A DNA stretch of 59,298 nucleotides, filler included, from Sphacelaria rigidula (Eukaryota), in NCBI GenBank assembly GCA_964200075.2. It is 4 parts of 4 records of this genome, joined end to end, with 100 filler letters (N's around TTAATTAATTAA, not from the genome) between each part and the next. Parts side by side here need not be neighbours in the genome. Positions count along the whole stretch, not along the records: positions 44,552 to 59,298 come from CAXNAA020002067.1; 3 more parts are not named here. One strand, 5' to 3'. Below, one piece after another: positions 52,201 through 59,298 of the stretch (positions within the stretch are counted from its first letter, which is position 1; every line of letters starts with the position of its first letter). Under the pieces are notes generated by a model, which was not told where the DNA came from, searched no databases, and saw only the letters and a program-made list of their open reading frames with translations. The translations under genes and the position numbers were made by a program.

Positions 52201-55200
52201 TTGGGCCCATCGTAGAGTTGGGAACAACACATCCTGAGGTGCACTTGCGCGACACTGATGCGGCGCGCAATACCCGCATCCTCGTTGATAACACCAATCA
52301 GGTAAACAGACTCAGTCATCCGTTCGTATCGCTGTCCAGCCGCCTCGATTCGCAGTGCGGACTGTGGGGATTTGACAGCTGTCCATAGATGCATGACCAC
52401 TCTCTTCGTCTCCGATATTGCTAGTCCGAACTCTCGGCAGATCATAACCATCACAGCCATTGTCCTAGCAAGCCCGCTTCGAGACCTGGAGACTGCGCCG
52501 GCATCACTTGTGTATAGCATTTCGATACCGCGTGTCGCACGCTCTCCAGCGGTGTCTCATCTTCGTAGTTGCCATTCTCATTCTTCTGCACAGCACCTAG
52601 TCGGGTTCGCCATGAATCGTTCCGAAACCGCGCCGGTTACCACGGCGAGGAAGATGTCGAACCACAAAAAGGACAAAAATCATCCCAGCTTGAGGCCCTG
52701 GTAGACTTTGAACCATTCCGATATTATACCATTATCCACACATCACCGAGCTTGCACGCAATCGTGAAAGACACGAACAAACTTGATAATCCGCGGCGGA
52801 ATTCCGAAGTGGACAAGCACTTTCCACATGAGAGTGCGGTCGACAGAGTCAACCACGTTGTGAAGGTCGATAAAGCACATGGCGAACAGGTTCTTGCTCG
52901 CCCGTCCGAACTCATTCAGTAAGCGCACAACGCACGTCACGTCGGTGGTCAACCACCAGCGTCGCAATCCGCACTGTCCAGGAAAGCACTGCCTCGTCGC
53001 GAAATCTACCGCGTTTGTCGACTACGATTTCACTCAGTACTCCCATCCGGATGCGCCACAAGAAAGTTGCCCTTAGGTACCAAACCCCAACTTATCTCAC
53101 TCGTATCGTACTGTCATCGTTGCGTGCTCCCAATCCTCCGAGACCTCGATGGACGTCCACACAGCAATGACGATGCGGTGAAGGTATCACAACATTTCTC
53201 GAGGATCCCCGGAAAATTTACTCGTGATGGAATCAGCAGCTAGTCCATCCAGTACATGCGCTGCCATTGCTTTGCTGTCGACCACAGTTCTCAGCCCATG
53301 GCGATCTATCCAAATTTCGCACCCTCACTGGCGATAGAGCTCTTGGCACTGGCATGATGTCCTCGATGGCAGTACGATCGATAGTGGCCGATGTTGTATT
53401 CAGCAACGAGTCGAAGTGCCATTTCCATATTTCACGAATATAATCGAAAGCTTCCTCGTCTCCCCCTAAATTCACGGCTGTTTCCCCACTTTGTGCCCGC
53501 AGCCTCAATGTATGTGGGAGATGCCCGTACAAGCACTAAACTCCCGACTTCTGCTGTACTCCGCCAGGGAGGGAATACAACCCGAATGATGCTACGGTAG
53601 GGTTGCACTTTTTGGCAAATCGAAGACGTACCGGGACAGAATCTGGTGAATTAAATTAGCGGGCGAACCCCGTATCACGAGCCAAACCTCCCACACACAG
53701 ATTACGGTAACCCAAAGTGAATTGACAAAAGCGTGACTGTGGCCGAGTGTTCAAAATTGAAGACCTATCCACGATCAGACGGGGGACTAAAACATGGGAG
53801 ACGTCCTGTTTCACCACTGTACCGCAGCAAAAACACTCAAGCCTTCCCTCATGTGTTGGAGCTTCCACTGTCTGTTGTGTCGTGGTGTATTCACGCATTG
53901 CGAAGACGGTTTGGATTGCATGAGCTGCGATATTGTCGTTGTGTTCGTCTCTCCAGAAAACAATGTTAGTCGGCACGCAGTGCTGGCTGCACACTGTTGC
54001 AAGCTTCATGGGTGAGTTGACTGTTTCGTCTTCCGTAAGACGAACAACGCGCTGTCCGTTGCTGCGACACCCCTGCTGGTGCCGTGCGTTGGGTGCCTGT
54101 ACTGTACCGTACTGTTGTACTGTGTTCGATGTACAATTCTGTATTATCTATTATACTGTTGTATTTGTCTGAAACGCGCTACGAGTTAACCCGCACAACA
54201 GTTGGTTTTAGACTACTACCCTGGCGATTTCCAAGCGAAATGGAGCGATATGATTGGTAAGTTACCGACCGATCTGTCCCGCTCCAAATGCAGTCTGCCC
54301 ACTTTTTGAGCGAAAATGTTTCTCGGGGTGTTGCACGGATCATTTTCAGAATCGGCATCATTTTCACTTTAAAAAGACTGAAAATGATGCCGATTCAAGA
54401 AAAATCCCCCGTGTGCATCTCCATGTCCTGTCCGCGGAGGTGTGGGTTGCACAGTAAGCCCCATATATTTGGGCTCCTGCAAAAACGATACCCAGAAACA
54501 AAAAGTGCAACCCCTATCGTAGCATTGCTCACCTCGGTGTAAAATAAAAAGTACGCGCGCCACTTTTGCCATTTTCACGACGATCAACAGCGGGAAAACG
54601 AAAGCAAGACTCCCCGACGCACGTGGCACGCCAACACACAGCACATGTTTGCACGTGTTGAGGAATTACATTTCACCTTTGATTCCGTGTGCGTCGATGG
54701 ATTGATGGAAATGGGGCCCCTTCTATCTTTTAGTGGGCACTTGAGCCTATCCACGCCTCTGCTCAATTTTCGATGTTAGCTGTCAAATTCTCCATGATTA
54801 CTTTTCACTTTCGGCACCTCAAAAGTCATCGACACAAGCTCTGCAGCACAACCAGCATGGTAAAGTAACGCGTGTCGCCGTTCCAGACACATGCAAGAAC
54901 CAGCAGCACTTATCATGACATCTGAGAGAAAGTCTTCATTGTACAGCGAGCCTGTTTCTTCTATTTTTTCAATAGTTACGGAGTACAACTGCAGTGCGGC
55001 GAATCATGGCACAGTTGCACATGCATATCTCATGTCGGAGGTGACGAGCTGTTATCAAACATTTCATCGCTGTCTACCTCTGCTGCAGTTTTCCTCCATA
55101 GCTCTCGGAGAGCCTTGCAGCACCCGTGTCGAACCGCGCGTCCTTCGAAGTCTTGTGCCCCCTCGTAATTCTGGAGTTGACAGGGACAAAAACAACAGCG

Positions 55201-58200
55201 ACGTCCCTATCAATACTGGAAGACGGGGCTACAAAGCCCGGTCATAGCATTTTCGGCCAACTTTTATACCAAGTAGAGCCCTACGTGTACTGCGAATACA
55301 TTGGCCACCAAAGGGTACACCGAAAGTAAAACGGTATAATGATTACAAATGTTTATCGCCACGTGCATCGTTTTTTTTATGGACGTAGCTGGGCGCTGCC
55401 TTCTACGAACGGTACCCAGGGAAAACAACGTGTTCAGGTCATCACACCTTCGACACGCACTGTTGCCTTTTCTTCGGCATAATTAATGAGGCATCATCGC
55501 GGAGGACGCGACTCGCAAAGCGCAATACGTGGCAACGTGAGTGTATGGGTCAGAGGCAAACAGGAAGCGAAACATGACAAAAACACCATGCAGCCAAGAA
55601 TAGATAAAGACGCACACATCCGCAGTTAACAAGAGAGAAGGAATCGTGGTCCAGCCCCAAAGACACTTGCACGCCACAACGAGCGAAGCGGCAACAGCTT
55701 CATACGCTGAGTAGCAACTTCGCCGATGTTCGATGTTGCATTTCTGTGGAGCGCCCAAGCCTCTACCCATGCTTGACGGCGCGAAGCCATGACCAGCATT
55801 GGCATCTCCCAGTGCTGGGCGTGCTGCCGTTATGAAAGATGCAGCATCTTCAACCACAGGGAAATATTTCCAAGGCTTCCTGTACTGAAGTACCAAAAAC
55901 GGAACACCGTCAAAAGCAAACAGAGAATAGACGGCCTAGACAGACAAGGCATAAACCCTCACCGCGCTGACAGGCAAAGGATACTGCAATTCCGCCTTGC
56001 TCCGATCCGAATATGACCATTGATCCTGCTGCTTTCCACTCCCATCCTTGCCGTCTTCACTAGCCGGAGCTCCCATCTCATTTTTGTACACATTGCTACA
56101 GCATTCCGACAAGAAAAAAAAATGTTTTCACACACACACACAAACAAACAAACAAACAGGGCACAAAGACGAAGCGTTTCGGGTCACGGACAGTGGGAAA
56201 TGATCAACGGTCAGCTTGTTGGAAGAAACCTACGCAGTGCCATGAATCAATTGGAGGGTCAGCAGGACGAGAATGCTTACGCCACCGCGACCATGCGCTT
56301 AAGAAGATTGCATGCACCTACAGCTAACAGGCGACAAACTACTTTCAACCGGCCGGTAGTGCCAGCAGGATCCCGATTGTCACGAAGCTAATATCGCCAG
56401 ACCTGTGAGTAATGGTGTTTTGTGTCTCTTTACATATGTGTATTTTGTGGCACTTCTAACCCCCCCTTCCCCGGGACGAGTCCGTGGTCCGAAGGGAATG
56501 GCCCATTTATCCTCGGTACACATCTTGCATTTCGGTCTTGCAGACTCGGTCAGCACTCCCGCACCACGCCAACCCTCGCCAAACCAACCCTGTCAACTAC
56601 TTTTTGTTCACTTCCGTACCTACGCTTTCTTCGACAGTGGAAAACAGATAAATCGAAGGAAAAATGCCAACGCACCGGGAATAGAACCCAAGTTCCCTTC
56701 ACTCCAACGGTAACGGTCGAGTAAACACACCACCAGGCCGCGGCGAATATACATTTATATATATGCATATATATGTATATAATCGACAAGGGGAAAAACA
56801 ATTGTTATAACGTCGAACAAGTCAACAGGACCACCCTCCACTAGGTGTAGGCTGCATTTGATATCGGCAGCTATCCCCCCCTATGTTAATTGTGCGATAC
56901 ATGTACTGTAACCCTGTGGCGAACGCACTTGGAGGATAAGTCTTGATCCATCGTCACCGACAGCGGAGCCTTGGACCTTTGTGTCTGGGTTCCCAGCACC
57001 TGCAGAAGCGAAAGCCATTGCGAAGGTATTTACAAACACGCAACAGACACACGTCGTCATCGACGACAGGTAATCACGTCCGAACACAGAGAACAATGCG
57101 CGAAGCTATGCTCTCTGAATAATGTAGCACACCTGTTGATTACAAATTGCAAAAGCTTCAAGTCTGTAGCTGGTCGGCCCGGGTGGCTCGGTTGGTAACC
57201 TCGGCACCTTCTGACGATTGAGATGTACATTCGAGTCTCGGTGAAGTAAGCTACAAGATCTGGGTTTTTTTCTCACATCATGCCCAACAGTGGAGAGCGA
57301 CTATGCCATGAGTACACGAAATTCGATGTCACGGTCGAAGAGAGAAAGGGACCGTTGGACCCTCATAGGCAAAAAAATAAAGAAGGGCAAGCACCGCAGA
57401 AGGAAGGCAGAACGCCAACACACACACGATTCTCCTCCGTGACCCCGGCTGATGCGCCCACATATACCGTGAAAGCGTAGGATGGCAACCAGACTATATG
57501 GAATGGCACCACACCTTCAATACTCAAATTCTGCAAGTTTTGAGTAGTCACTAGAAAAGAAACAAAAGTACACTAACAACCGCGAACTGTACCGGACGAG
57601 GTATGGGCGATTGATCCGCATGTTGCCTGCTGAGGCCCTGTTTCTGCCTCACTGCAATACACGACCCACACGGGAGTGAAAAAAGCTTATTCCACCATGA
57701 CGGCACTACTGCAGGCGTGCTCGAAGAGGAATGGCGACTTCATCCACCCGAAACCAGAGCGAAAATGCCAAAGATGCTGCACGGGCCGGGAAACGTGTTT
57801 GATACCAAAAGAAAGAGCGTCGAAGTGGGCCGAATCGAACCAACACAAAAGATTGAGCGACAAATCAACCAGGTGAGCGGCACAGTAAGCGAATCGGCAA
57901 CTTCGTACGACCCCATTGGGTGCACAGCCGCCGCGCCCCGGTGGCACAACGGTATAACTGATACCATTACGGTGGCCAGAGCGCGGGCTCGATTCCTTCC
58001 GCACGTTGGATGATGACAATATATATGGTCAAAAGTTGCATTAGACAAGAAACGTACTGCATAAAGTATCGGCCTAGTGCGACTATTGTAGGCCGGTAAT
58101 AGTTGCAATAGGCCCACAGGCTGGTTCACGTTTATCACCCAAAAAACACTCATCGACGAAACCTCACGCCGTTTCAAGGAATTAGACCCTGAAATTTTGC

Positions 58201-58877
58201 ACGAATGTTCTATGGGTAATTACGCAACTTTCGAAGGTCGGTTTTTTTCTCTACTTTTATACTTTTTCACCGTTTTTCGGGTGATCACCGTGAACCAGCC
58301 TGTATACTTTATGCAGTCCACTTCTCGTCTATTGCGTCTATTGACCATATATTGTCAGGGTGCGATTCCTTCCCCTCCAGAAGCGTTCAAGCTTTTTTTG
58401 TTCTTCAAAATGCAAAGCTCTGATTTCCGTCGTTGAAAGCGTGAGGACATGAGTAGCATGGACACTTCGGGAGTGTTGGTCATGATCCAATTCGCAATAC
58501 CATAAATGCAAGGCGTGTACCGCGGGGGAAACGGGTTGATTTCTTGAGCCCAAGGATTCGTCCCGAGGAAGGGAAGGGTTTGGAGGTGTGACTGTACCAA
58601 AAAGTAAAATACGGGCGCAGGCTCACCGGCAATTCAAACCTTATCACGGGCGAAAAAAACTGGAGTGATGCCAAGCGCTTGTTCTTCAGAAAATGGACAA
58701 GAGACACTGACCTCCGAAGACACCCGGAACCATGCATCCCCCAATCGCACCGCCTCCCCTCTCCTAATATACTTGTTCATGTCCTCTTGGGTCATCGCAA
58801 CAGACAGCTGGCTGGGAATCTTCACTTTTCCCGGAAGATGCGTCAGAAACATTTCTCCGCGCGGATATAAATTGATT
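49266..58877 (-). CDS. Transcription initiation factor IIE subunit beta (TFIIE-beta)-like; 3' six exons, 5' part not resolved
   Basis: Phase-consistent exons 58877-58712, 56999-56929, 56095-55963, 55170-55078, 50041-49875, 49371-49266. They give INLYPRGEMFL...ALRELWRKTAAEVPKDPVELHQVMFKKGL...basic tract KRALKRKLKGRTFKTVTNTHLEG. The LW..VP, GL, basic-tract and TNTHL pattern is the TFIIE-beta C-terminal signature. Confidence 0.8.
50120..53750 (-). mobile_element. Old, degenerate RTE-type LINE in a TFIIE-beta intron, interrupted by ~0.9 kb of unrelated DNA (~50880-51810)
   Basis: Peptides MCFIDL..DSVDRTLMWKVLVHFGIPPRII, MLYTSDAG..MAVMVMICREFGL, and the C-terminal segment at 50700-50880. 3' stem-loop gctgggatcctagcggatcaat near 50150. 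Confidence 0.85.
56410..56745 (-). mobile_element. Probable tRNA-derived SINE, second family
   Basis: Head gccgcggcctggtggtgtg...gggttctattcccggtg (B-box-like); architecture similar to family 1. Single copy here. Confidence 0.45.
57168..57490 (+). mobile_element. tRNA-derived SINE, family 1
   Basis: A box TGGCTCGGTTGG, B-box-like attcgagtc; body shared with the other two copies. Confidence 0.78.
58014..58357. mobile_element. Foldback/MITE-like element with long imperfect terminal inverted repeats, intronic
   Basis: tgacaatatatatggtcaa...ctgcataaagtat...caggctggttcacg pairs with cgtgaaccagcctg..atactttatgcag...ttgaccatatattgtca. Confidence 0.75.
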
Positions 58878-59298
58878 CTACCGGAGCGAGTGTGGCGGAA
58901 ACAGGAGAGCAGATTATGGGGTTCACATAGCAACACCAAGCAACGAGTGAGAAACCAAGCGGGAAGGGCAAGGGCAGGGACGACGGCGGGGGGGGTATTC
59001 ATTTGTTGCTTGCCTTAGATATCATATCATTGACCACGAATCCCTTTCGAGATACAGTACAGTTGCTACTCTTAATCGAAACCTCCAACATTTGGGCGCT
59101 CGTCGAGTTTCCCCCATACCTTGCATAAAACCTATTACATGTGTCATCTTCTTCCTGTATTCGTCGTCTATGGCCACTACACGTACATGACTACAAGTAC
59201 ATGGGGGGGGGGGGGGGGGGGGGGACACGGGGGTTCCCAACCCAAGAACAAAGGGAGGCGGCCCTCACCACCCCGGGCCACCCAAAAGACCGAAAACA

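Noticed and set aside
57168-57260. tRNA gene
   Set aside because: Has A/B boxes but no clean cloverleaf, and continues into a repeated SINE body.
59022-59240. Upstream TFIIE-beta exon (VAIDDEYRKKMTHVIGFMQ)
   Set aside because: The available donors are not phase-compatible with the acceptor at 58878. Left unresolved.

Overview
Eukaryotic, intron-rich, repeat-rich genomic DNA, most consistent with a brown alga or other stramenopile (inferred from gene architecture, RTE-type LINEs and the TFIIE-beta form). The window is not one locus. It is four contigs of 14752, 14750, 14749 and 14747 nt joined by identical 100-nt N/TTAATTAATTAA/N spacers, so adjacency across the gaps means nothing. Contig 1: 5' part of a spliced ZIFL-like MFS transporter gene (minus strand), an intronic non-autonomous hAT element, MITE-like repeats and a cluster of long palindromes, including two interlocked ~500-bp hairpins. 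Contig 2: a 5'-truncated RTE LINE, a tRNA-SINE and the 5' part of an atypical importin-alpha-like ARM gene with a long Asp/Glu tract. Contig 3: stacked LINE 3' tails, then a near full-length degenerate RTE LINE whose ORF begins with two tandem PAM2 (PABP-binding)-like motifs, plus a SINE and a tiny piggyBac-like MITE. Contig 4: 3' exons of an unknown low-complexity protein gene, convergent with a spliced TFIIE-beta gene carrying a large internal insertion. Gene models were built by hand from GT-AG sites and phase consistency. No database searches were run.
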